Assembly (NCBI GenBank): GCA_041548245.1
Contig: JBFESZ010000005.1
Span: forward strand, 1-41,511
DNA: 41,511 nucleotides
From: Sulfurimonadaceae bacterium
GTDB taxonomy: Bacteria; Campylobacterota; Campylobacteria; Campylobacterales; Sulfurimonadaceae
Reading direction: 5' to 3'
Positions within the stretch are counted from its first letter, which is position 1. Each line of letters starts with the position of its first letter. A program made the position numbers and the translations under genes. The notes under the pieces were generated by a model that was not told the DNA's origin, ran no database searches, and saw only the letters and a program-made list of their open reading frames with translations. Below are positions 10,306-18,453 of this stretch, in pieces.

Positions 10306-11499
10306 TTATACCAATGTTTTAAATATTTCTACTGCATCCAGTTTTTCCCATGGGTAATCACTCTGTCCTACCTGACCACGGGCTGCGACATCTGCATAAA
10401 GGAATGTCTCTGCCGATGGCTTATCCAGGCCAAATTTCTCTGTGATCCATCGCGGTGTCAAAGCAAAAGTCTCTAAAACAAAATCAGAAAGTTTCACATC
10501 ATCAACAACACCTGTGCCCATTGTGTCCACTGATACTGAAACCGGCTTGGCGACACCGATGGCATAGGAAAGTTGTACGATGACCTTTTTTGCCAAACCT
10601 GCTGCAGCAATGTTTTTAGCAATCCAGCGTCCCGCATAAAGCCCGCTTCTATCAACTTTTGTATAATCTTTTGAAGATTGGGCCCCACCACCTATTGGCG
10701 AATACCCACCAAAGCTGTCTACAATCAGTTTTCGTCCGGTAAGTCCAGAATCATGCAGTGACGAATGAGAAACGTATTTACCAGTCGGATTAATGTGGAT
10801 GATACATTTTTCAGGATCAAAGAGATTGGTCGGTAAGGCTGTATCAATAATAAGCCCCATGATCAATTCACGCACCTCTTCGATGCTCATCGTATGTACA
10901 CACGGTGCTGAGACGACAATCGTATGAATAGATTGAGGCTGACCCGATTCAAAATTATCTTTCGTTCCATAATCCATGGTCACCTGCGTCTTGATATCAA
11001 CACCCAGTTTATGGTTATGTTCGAGTGCATAATGGTATACCTTGTCCATCAACATCCGTGCATAAGTGATCGCTGAAGGCATGTAATCTGCTGTTTCTAT
11101 ATCGGCATAACCAAACATAATCCCCTGATCACCCGCACCAATCTCGCCATCTTCCTGATCGACACCTTGATTGATCTCAGGTGATTGGCGATTTAGCAAT
11201 ACCTGTACCTGAACATCATCAGGATGCAGACACTCCTCTTTGCTAAAAGCCGACTTGCCGTCATAGCCGATCTTTTTAAGCGCATTGATAACGATTTGCC
11301 CATAACCTGCTTCATCAATATTGGCTTTGGTTGTGACTTCTCCGCCAATAACCACATGCTTGCCTGCGACAAACACTTCTGACGCAACACGAGAGGCCGG
11401 GTCTTCCATGATCAGTCTATCAACAATACTGTCTGCAATAATGTCAGCACATTTATCCGGATGTCCTGGACTGACCACCTCTGATGTAAATAGATACAT
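10306..11499 (-). CDS. metK: S-adenosylmethionine synthetase
   Basis: FTSEVVSPGHPDK, GAGDQG, GLTGRKLIVD, GGGAQSSKDYTKVDRS. Confidence 0.95.
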   Translation of the reverse strand: MYLFTSEVVSPGHPDKCADIIADSIVDRLIMEDPASRVASEVFVAGKHVVIGGEVTTKANIDEAGYGQIVINALKKIGYDGKSAFSKEECLHPDDVQVQVLLNRQSPEINQGVDQEDGEIGAGDQGIMFGYADIETADYMPSAITYARMLMDKVYHYALEHNHKLGVDIKTQVTMDYGTKDNFESGQPQSIHTIVVSAPCVHTMSIEEVRELIMGLIIDTALPTNLFDPEKCIIHINPTGKYVSHSSLHDSGLTGRKLIVDSFGGYSPIGGGAQSSKDYTKVDRSGLYAGRWIAKNIAAAGLAKKVIVQLSYAIGVAKPVSVSVDTMGTGVVDDVKLSDFVLETFALTPRWITEKFGLDKPSAETFLYADVAARGQVGQSDYPWEKLDAVEIFKTLV

Positions 11500-11655
11500 A
11501 ATACTATCCCTAATTATAGATTGAAGTTTAAAGTTTTTAATTGATATTTGTAATTCGTAATTTAATTTATACTTATTTCTTGTTTAGAAAGCTGTTAAAT
11601 GGACTCCTAACTTTGACTAACCTATCTGAGTGTAGTCATAAGAAGCAAGAAATAA

Positions 11656-12897
11656 CTATTTTTGATTCATCTTCTCTTTTAAAATGATCTTACCCATCTC
11701 TACGCCAGGTTGATCATAAGCATTTACATCCAGCATCTGTGCTACCAAAGCGGTTAATAACTCATAATAATAGATCAGCTCTCCTATGGTCTGTTCGTTC
11801 ACTTTTTCAATCTCAATCACGTCCAAAGGGATGAATTCCAACTGCTCCAAAGACTCTATCATAGCATCAGCCTGCATATTGATCAATTCTTCAAAACCAT
11901 ACCCATTGAGCATGTCAAGTTTCTCCAATGCAGGTAAAGAGACATCCGGGACTTGAATACTGTTCTCAAAGTCTTTGATCTTGATAACTGTTACTGTCTT
12001 GTCCCGCTTCCCATCGACGATCAACTGTAAGAAAGAGTGTTGATCAGTCGGGCCGATAAGTCCTACCGGGGTCAAGCCAACATGAAGTTGGGAGTTTCTC
12101 TGTTTTTTACCCAGACTCTCTCCCCATAATTGCACATACCAGGCATTGAACTCTCGAAATGCCTCAGAATAGGAGAACAGACAATTGATATTATAAGAAT
12201 TACTTCGTTGTGCATAATAGGTTGCCTTTGTCAAAAGCTTTTCACAATAACCATGATTTTCAAAAAATGATTTTTTTATATTTTTTGCACCCTCAAGCAA
12301 TGCATCGATGTCTACGCCAATAATTGCCAAAGGCACCAATCCAACCGCTGATAGAACAGAAAAACGCCCACCCACATTCTCGGGGATATTAAACACCTTT
12401 AGATTATGAACCGATGCGAATTCTTCCAAGGCTGAATTGGCATCAGTAATCACGGCATAGTTTTCTTTTGAAACAGGAACCAGGGTATGAAGATATTTTA
12501 ATGCCGCAATCGTTTCGACCGTTGTGCCCGACTTAGAAATGATCAAGAACAACGCATTATCCAAATCTATCTGTTTCACTTTTTGTCTAAGTACTAGAGG
12601 ATCTGTCGTGTCGATAAAATGCAGATTCTTTTCAAAACTTTGACCAAGCCCTAAAAAATTATATATGGCCAATGTCCCAAGAGCACTTCCACCAATACCT
12701 ACAACCACAATGTCTTTTTGATTGATAGAGTGGGCATAGTTCTTGTATTCCGTTGTATCAGCATCACACAGATGATAGAACCCTATACTTTCACTCTCTA
12801 TAGAAAGTATGGAGGCGAACTCTTCATTAACTTTTGTATTAAAAAACAGTTTATTATTCACAAGAGCATTCCATTTTGATTTCTGATATTTTATCAC
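11656..12897 (-). CDS. pgi: Glucose-6-phosphate isomerase
   Basis: GIGGSALG, SKSGTTVET, VGGRFSVLS, QLWGESLGK, DQHS, DQPGVEMGK; GTG start with GAGG RBS. Confidence 0.93.
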   Translation of the reverse strand: MIKYQKSKWNALVNNKLFFNTKVNEEFASILSIESESIGFYHLCDADTTEYKNYAHSINQKDIVVVGIGGSALGTLAIYNFLGLGQSFEKNLHFIDTTDPLVLRQKVKQIDLDNALFLIISKSGTTVETIAALKYLHTLVPVSKENYAVITDANSALEEFASVHNLKVFNIPENVGGRFSVLSAVGLVPLAIIGVDIDALLEGAKNIKKSFFENHGYCEKLLTKATYYAQRSNSYNINCLFSYSEAFREFNAWYVQLWGESLGKKQRNSQLHVGLTPVGLIGPTDQHSFLQLIVDGKRDKTVTVIKIKDFENSIQVPDVSLPALEKLDMLNGYGFEELINMQADAMIESLEQLEFIPLDVIEIEKVNEQTIGELIYYYELLTALVAQMLDVNAYDQPGVEMGKIILKEKMNQK

Positions 12898-12951
12898 ACC
12901 TCTCTTAAGCTAAAGACCATAGCTCATTTTCCATCTGTGGCATCAGAAAAC

Positions 12952-12980
12952 TTGACATGTTTATGAAGATACTATACAAT
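12952..12980 (+). promoter_or_regulatory. Sigma70-type promoter of rho-murI
   Basis: TTGACA, 17-nt spacer, TACAAT. Confidence 0.75.
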
Positions 12981-13056
12981 TTCGTTATACAAAGATTAAT
13001 TCTTCCACCAGCGAATAGCTGCTACTTCACAATAAACAACCCCAAACGAGGCATTA

Positions 13057-14376
13057 ATGAGCGAAAACTCAAATAAGAAAAAAAACAGTAACAACAGAAC
13101 CCATGTACCCGTCGAAGGCTATAACATTGATGACCTTCGTGCCAAACCCCTTGATGACCTTATCGCTATTGCAGAAGAGCTTAAGGTCGAGCATCCAAAC
13201 GAACTAAAACGTCAGGACCTTCTCTTTGAGATTTTAAAAGCTCAAACCAACAAAGGTGGCTTCATCCTTTTTACCGGTATCCTAGAGATCATGCAGGACG
13301 GTTATGGTTTCTTGCGTGGTATCGACACCAATTTCTCTGACTCGGTCAATGATGCCTACGTTTCAAGCACACAGATCAAGCGCTTTGCACTAAGAAATGG
13401 TGATGTTGTCACCGGTCAGGTTCGCCCTCCAAAAGAGCAAGAACGCTATTATGCACTGCTAAAGATCGAAGCCATCAATTATCTTCCACCAGAAGAGAGT
13501 AAAAAACGTCCTCTCTTTGAAAACCTTACTCCACTTTATGCGATGGATCAGATCAAACTTGAGTACAATCCAGACAAACTCACCGGACGTATGCTAGACA
13601 TGTTTTCACCTATCGGTAAAGGACAGCGTGGTCTTATTGTTGCACCGCCTCGTTCAGGTAAAACAGAGCTGATGAAAGAGCTTGCCCATGGTATCACCTA
13701 TAATCACCCGGAGATAGACCTGATGGTCCTACTTGTCGATGAACGTCCTGAAGAGGTGACTGATATGGAGCGTTCTGTTAAAGGTGAGGTTTATAACTCT
13801 ACATTTGATCAGCCGGCAAAGAACCATGTTAAAGTGGCTGAACTTGTCATCGAACGTGCAAAACGTAAGGTCGAAATGGGCAAAGATGTCGTTATCCTGC
13901 TTGATTCTATCACAAGACTTGCCCGCGCCTACAACACTGCAACCCCTTCTTCTGGAAAAGTCCTTTCAGGTGGTGTGGATGCTAATGCCCTTCACAAGCC
14001 CAAACGTTTTTTCGGTGCTGCACGTAACATTGAAAACGGCGGAAGCTTGACCATCATTGCAACAGCCCTCGTCGATACGGGAAGCCGAATGGATGAAGTC
14101 ATCTTTGAAGAGTTCAAAGGTACAGGTAACTCTGAAGTCGTACTCAGCCGCCACATTGCAGAACGTCGTATCTTTCCTGCCCTTGACTTGCTTAAATCAG
14201 GTACGCGTAAAGAAGAGCTTCTTATTGGTGAAGATGTCCTTAAAAAAGTGTTTGTACTCCGCTCTATGCTGCATAAACAAGAAGATGAAATCAAAGCCCT
14301 TCAATTTATCTTTGGTCAATTAAAAAAGACCAAGAACAATGAAGAGTTCCTTGCTCTAATGAACGAAGGCGCGTAA
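13057..14376 (+). CDS. rho: Transcription termination factor Rho
   Basis: DGYGFLR RNA-binding motif, APPRSGKT Walker [23 protein letters not shown]. Confidence 0.97.
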   Translation: MSENSNKKKNSNNRTHVPVEGYNIDDLRAKPLDDLIAIAEELKVEHPNELKRQDLLFEILKAQTNKGGFILFTGILEIMQDGYGFLRGIDTNFSDSVNDAYVSSTQIKRFALRNGDVVTGQVRPPKEQERYYALLKIEAINYLPPEESKKRPLFENLTPLYAMDQIKLEYNPDKLTGRMLDMFSPIGKGQRGLIVAPPRSGKTELMKELAHGITYNHPEIDLMVLLVDERPEEVTDMERSVKGEVYNSTFDQPAKNHVKVAELVIERAKRKVEMGKDVVILLDSITRLARAYNTATPSSGKVLSGGVDANALHKPKRFFGAARNIENGGSLTIIATALVDTGSRMDEVIFEEFKGTGNSEVVLSRHIAERRIFPALDLLKSGTRKEELLIGEDVLKKVFVLRSMLHKQEDEIKALQFIFGQLKKTKNNEEFLALMNEGA

Positions 14377-14382
14377 AAACTG

Positions 14383-15132
14383 ATGAAAGTTGGTGTATTT
14401 GACAGTGGAGTTGGAGGGCTGACAGTCGTTAAAAGTCTGCTTGAACACCGACTTTTTGAAGAGATCATCTACTTTGGCGATACTGCCAGGGTCCCTTACG
14501 GGGTCAAAGATGAAAACACCATCATCCGCTATTCTCTGGAAGCTTTGGAATTTTTCAAAAACTTTGAAATTGATCTGCTCATCACAGCATGCAATACGGT
14601 CAGCGCCTACGCCTTAGAGGAGCTTAAAGAACATGCCCATTGTGACGTCGTTGGAGTCGTCGAACCCGGTATTCTTGCGGTGGAAAACGCTCTGCTGGAT
14701 GAGAAAAATGCCAATATTCTTATCATCGGTACACAGGCGACTATAAATTCACGCGCTTATGAAAAACCTCTGATCAACAACCAATACTCCAACATATCAG
14801 CTCGTGCCACCGGGCTTTTTGTACCTATTGTCGAAGAGGGACTCTATAACGGAGATGTCCTAAAAAGTGTGATGCAACACTACTTCAATGACCTAGAACA
14901 TCCTGATGCCATCATACTAGGGTGTACCCACTTTCCCCTCATAGCAGAGGCTATCGCAGAATACTTCAATGGGAATACCCTGCTTATTCACTCGGGAGAA
15001 GCCATTGTAGAGTACCTTGAACACCATTATGATTTCAGTCAAAGATTTGAGAAGACAGAGCTAAAGCTCTTTGCTTCGGAAAACCCTGAAGCACTCAGAG
15101 CTGTTGCAAAAAAATGGTTAGACCTGCCATAA
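14383..15132 (+). CDS. murI: Glutamate racemase
   Basis: FDSGVGG, ACNT, LGCTHFP. Confidence 0.95.
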   Translation: MKVGVFDSGVGGLTVVKSLLEHRLFEEIIYFGDTARVPYGVKDENTIIRYSLEALEFFKNFEIDLLITACNTVSAYALEELKEHAHCDVVGVVEPGILAVENALLDEKNANILIIGTQATINSRAYEKPLINNQYSNISARATGLFVPIVEEGLYNGDVLKSVMQHYFNDLEHPDAIILGCTHFPLIAEAIAEYFNGNTLLIHSGEAIVEYLEHHYDFSQRFEKTELKLFASENPEALRAVAKKWLDLP

Positions 15133-15181
15133 GAAGTTCACACATAAAGATATCTTATTAACCCCCTCTTTAATCTTCTTA

Positions 15182-15190
15182 TGATACTAT
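15182..15190 (+). promoter_or_regulatory. Possible extended -10 promoter for dnaX
   Basis: TGATACTAT about 27 nt upstream of the GTG start; GAGG RBS. Confidence 0.45.
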
Positions 15191-15217
15191 AAAAACAATT
15201 TATCCAAGAGGCATACA

Positions 15218-16978
15218 GTGAAAGCAAATTCGGAAGTCTTAGCATTAAAATACCGTCCTAAACGTTTCGAGGATCTTATCGGTCAAGAGACGATTGCACA
15301 GACACTTTCACTGGCACTTGATTCCAGCAGACTATCTCATGCTTATCTCTTCTCAGGTCTTCGCGGTTCAGGAAAAACCTCAACTGCACGTATCTTTGCA
15401 AAAGCACTGATGTGTGAAACAGGCCCAAGTTCACGTCCATGTGAGACTTGCGAACACTGTATCATGGCCAATGACGGTCGTCATATAGACATTATCGAAA
15501 TGGATGCTGCCTCCAGCCGTAAGATCGATGATATTCGTGACCTTATCGAACATACTAAATACAAACCTGCTACTGCCCGTTTTAAGATCTTTATCATCGA
15601 TGAAGTCCATATGCTGACCAAAGAAGCCTTTAATGCACTGCTTAAGACTTTAGAAGAGCCACCGCCGTTTGTCAAGTTCATCCTGGCGACCACAGACCCA
15701 CTCAAGCTACCGGCAACGATTTTGAGCCGCACCCAACACTTCAGGTTCAAAAAGATATCGACAGTCAACATCATCAACCACCTTAGTCATATCATGCATC
15801 TTGAAAACATCGAATATCAAAATGAAGCGCTTGAAATCCTGGCACGCTCAGGCTCAGGATCACTACGTGACACCTTGACACTCCTGGATCAGGCTATTAT
15901 CTTCTCAAAACATTTTGTGGATGTACAAACCGTAACCGATATGCTCGGTCTTATCGATCCGGAGTTTATCCATAAGATTTTTCACTCTATTTTTCAAAAA
16001 GACCAGACGGCAATTATCCGGCATGTCAAAGAGTTGGAAGATTATGAAGGTGAAATGGTTATTGATGAGCTCATCGCCTATCTCAAAGAGCGTCTTTATA
16101 TTAAAGATGCCGCTTTTTCCACATTGATCCTTGAGCGATTTTTCAGAATCCTTAGTGATGCAAAATCACTTTTCAGTATCAATGCAGACAGTGCCTTTGT
16201 CCTCTCTTTAGTCTTTTTCAAGATGGTCGAAGCACTTCGTGTCAAAGAGGTCGATCAGATGATCGAAGAGCTCGAAGCTCAGATGGAAAGACCTGCGATC
16301 AAGATGCCTTCAGCAGATATACCTGCATCACTGCAAGCTATGCCAACCGTAATCAAACCCAAGATTGAAGAAACTGAAGAGATCCCATCTCAAGAAGAAA
16401 CAGCACTCGAACTCCCTGTCATACCGCTTGAGCAAGCGCCGAAAGCAGATATTGGCATCGAGTACTTTGTAAAACTTCAAACAGCACTCAATGACAGAAG
16501 TGCCGATCTGGGTGAGTGTTTTACACGCAATATCTTCTATGTCAGTTTTGAAGATGGCCTCTTGTCCTGGGAATCATGTGCCCAAGGCGATGAGAAACAG
16601 AAGCTTATTCACGGATGGGGTGTGATCAATCATTTCGTTAAAGATATATTTGGATTCGAAACAAAGATCAAAAATCTTGAATGTACACGTGAAAAACAGA
16701 TCGAAGAGATCCATGAAGTGGCTGAGCCTATCCCGCCTGTCATGCCAATACCAACACCTGAAGAGATGGACGCTCAACCTATAGAAGAGAGTGGCTCGAT
16801 GGTCGAAGATGAAATTATGGATGGCTCATGCGTATCAGGCTGTTCGGGAGAAGATACCTCCAATCTTGATGAAGCAAGTAAAGAGATCGATGCGGCAGCT
16901 ATCATGGAGGAGCCAATGATCAAAAAAGCTCAGGAAATGTTTGAAGCGACCAAGATCACCATTCAATCAAAAGTCTAA
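15218..16978 (+). CDS. dnaX: DNA polymerase III subunit gamma/tau
   Basis: LALKYRP, GLRGSGKT, Cys4 zinc module, IIDEVHML, LLKTLEEPP, GSLRD. Confidence 0.95.
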   Translation: MKANSEVLALKYRPKRFEDLIGQETIAQTLSLALDSSRLSHAYLFSGLRGSGKTSTARIFAKALMCETGPSSRPCETCEHCIMANDGRHIDIIEMDAASSRKIDDIRDLIEHTKYKPATARFKIFIIDEVHMLTKEAFNALLKTLEEPPPFVKFILATTDPLKLPATILSRTQHFRFKKISTVNIINHLSHIMHLENIEYQNEALEILARSGSGSLRDTLTLLDQAIIFSKHFVDVQTVTDMLGLIDPEFIHKIFHSIFQKDQTAIIRHVKELEDYEGEMVIDELIAYLKERLYIKDAAFSTLILERFFRILSDAKSLFSINADSAFVLSLVFFKMVEALRVKEVDQMIEELEAQMERPAIKMPSADIPASLQAMPTVIKPKIEETEEIPSQEETALELPVIPLEQAPKADIGIEYFVKLQTALNDRSADLGECFTRNIFYVSFEDGLLSWESCAQGDEKQKLIHGWGVINHFVKDIFGFETKIKNLECTREKQIEEIHEVAEPIPPVMPIPTPEEMDAQPIEESGSMVEDEIMDGSCVSGCSGEDTSNLDEASKEIDAAAIMEEPMIKKAQEMFEATKITIQSKV

Positions 16979-17018
16979 AAGAAATCATTCTCTTCATCTA
17001 CGATGATATTTTAAGAAC

Positions 17019-17654
17019 TTATTGTCTCAAGCTCTCTATATTTACTTTTTTACCCCTGGAATTTTTCTTAACAAACTCTACGATCATCCCGTGAAAAAGT
17101 GCATAGACCTTTGAACGTTCAAACGCATCAACTCTATATGACAAGCCTTCAATACACCATTCTTGAAGCTCATGATACGATTCAAAATCATAGTCAAAAG
17201 CCTGCAAAAGTCTGGCAGTATATGCATCCACGACCATCGCTTCTCTTTTACATGCATAACAGAGAATGGAATCAGCTGTTTCAGGGCCGATTCCTTTTTG
17301 TGCTAAAAGCCATTCTCTGCTGACCTCTGAGCAAAACCCCTCAAATGTGCCAAAAGTCTCTTTGATAGCACAGGCTATTAGTTTGATATATTTGGCTTTG
17401 GACTTGAAAAGTCCGCTCGGCTGTATAAGCTGCTCAAGCTCGTGAATATCGACAGTACATAATGCATGAATATCTATCAAGCCTTGAAGATTCTTAAGTG
17501 AGCTTTCCACCCGTTTCCACTGAGAGTTCTGGGTCAGAATGGCACCAACTACCACTTCAAAGCTTCCATATGCCGGCCACCACATCGACGGTTTGTTTTT
17601 CAATAGGTCTTGTTTTTGTAGAAGCTGATATAGTTCGTATGAATCACTAAGCAA
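17019..17654 (-). CDS. HhH-GPD monofunctional DNA glycosylase (MagIII-like 3-methyladenine glycosylase)
   Basis: WWP, GAILTQN, HhH motif LLAQKGIGPETADSIL (Glu rather than the lyase Lys), VVDAYTAR; no Fe-S Cys cluster; start moved to TTG 17654 after GAGG, overlapping the ymdB stop. Confidence 0.8.
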   Translation of the reverse strand: MLSDSYELYQLLQKQDLLKNKPSMWWPAYGSFEVVVGAILTQNSQWKRVESSLKNLQGLIDIHALCTVDIHELEQLIQPSGLFKSKAKYIKLIACAIKETFGTFEGFCSEVSREWLLAQKGIGPETADSILCYACKREAMVVDAYTARLLQAFDYDFESYHELQEWCIEGLSYRVDAFERSKVYALFHGMIVEFVKKNSRGKKVNIESLRQ

Positions 17655-18453
17655 TCCATGCCTCGGTAGTAAACTCTCTGCCATCATCGAACTTCTTGAT
17701 CTTGAAAGCCTTGGTACACTTTCCGCCTTCAATGTCAAAAATGACTATCTGCAAGATACTCTTGCACTTATCGGGTACCTCAAAACGTCCTGGAAGACCC
17801 GTCATGAAACGGTGAATAGGTGTTTTGGCATCCATACCGATTACATTATCCCTGCAACCTGTCAGTCCGATATCTGTCAAATAACCTGTCCCTTCATCAA
17901 TCTGAAGATCATCTGTTCCAACATGAGTGTGTGTACCGACAATAGCAGAGACCTGTGACTTGAACATCATCAACAAACCACGTTTTTCACTCGTCGCTTC
18001 TGCATGCATATCGATAAAGATGTTTTTGACACCTTCTTCTTGAAGTTGCTTGATGGTATCGACGGCACAGCGAAACGGATTATCAACCATAGGCATGGCA
18101 TAGTGTCCCATCAGGTTAAGCACAGCAAGCTTTTCACCGGTCACCTCATAGACCTTGCAACCCGTACCGCTTACCTCCTGGGGATAGTTATGGGGACGAA
18201 GCAATTCAAATTTCTCAAACAGGGCATGGATCTCTTTCTTATCCCAGGTATGATTTCCCCCTGTCATCACATCAATACCCGTATTGAAAAGTTCGACTGC
18301 GTTTTTAGGTGTCAACCCGAATCCATGGCTCGCATTTTCATAATTGGCAATGACAAAGTCTATCTGATGTTCTTCTCTTAGGTTCTTGAGATGCTCTTTG
18401 ATAATAGACCGGCCGGGCCGTCCGATGATATCACCTATGAATGCTATTCTCAT
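17647..18453 (-). CDS. YmdB/TIGR00282-family metallophosphoesterase
   Basis: FIGDIIGRPG, NYENASHG, TGGNHTWD, DMHAEATSEK, GTHTHV, TDIGLTG. Confidence 0.9.
   Translation of the reverse strand: MRIAFIGDIIGRPGRSIIKEHLKNLREEHQIDFVIANYENASHGFGLTPKNAVELFNTGIDVMTGGNHTWDKKEIHALFEKFELLRPHNYPQEVSGTGCKVYEVTGEKLAVLNLMGHYAMPMVDNPFRCAVDTIKQLQEEGVKNIFIDMHAEATSEKRGLLMMFKSQVSAIVGTHTHVGTDDLQIDEGTGYLTDIGLTGCRDNVIGMDAKTPIHRFMTGLPGRFEVPDKCKSILQIVIFDIEGGKCTKAFKIKKFDDGREFTTEAWIA

Noticed and set aside
11500-11655. Canonical SAM-I or SAM-II/V riboswitch upstream of metK
   Set aside because: The required P1 and pseudoknot pairings could not be drawn; kept only as an unexplained structured element
15218-16978. Programmed -1 frameshift producing DnaX gamma
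   Set aside because: No in-frame A_AAA_AAG or long A run found near the domain III boundary by eye
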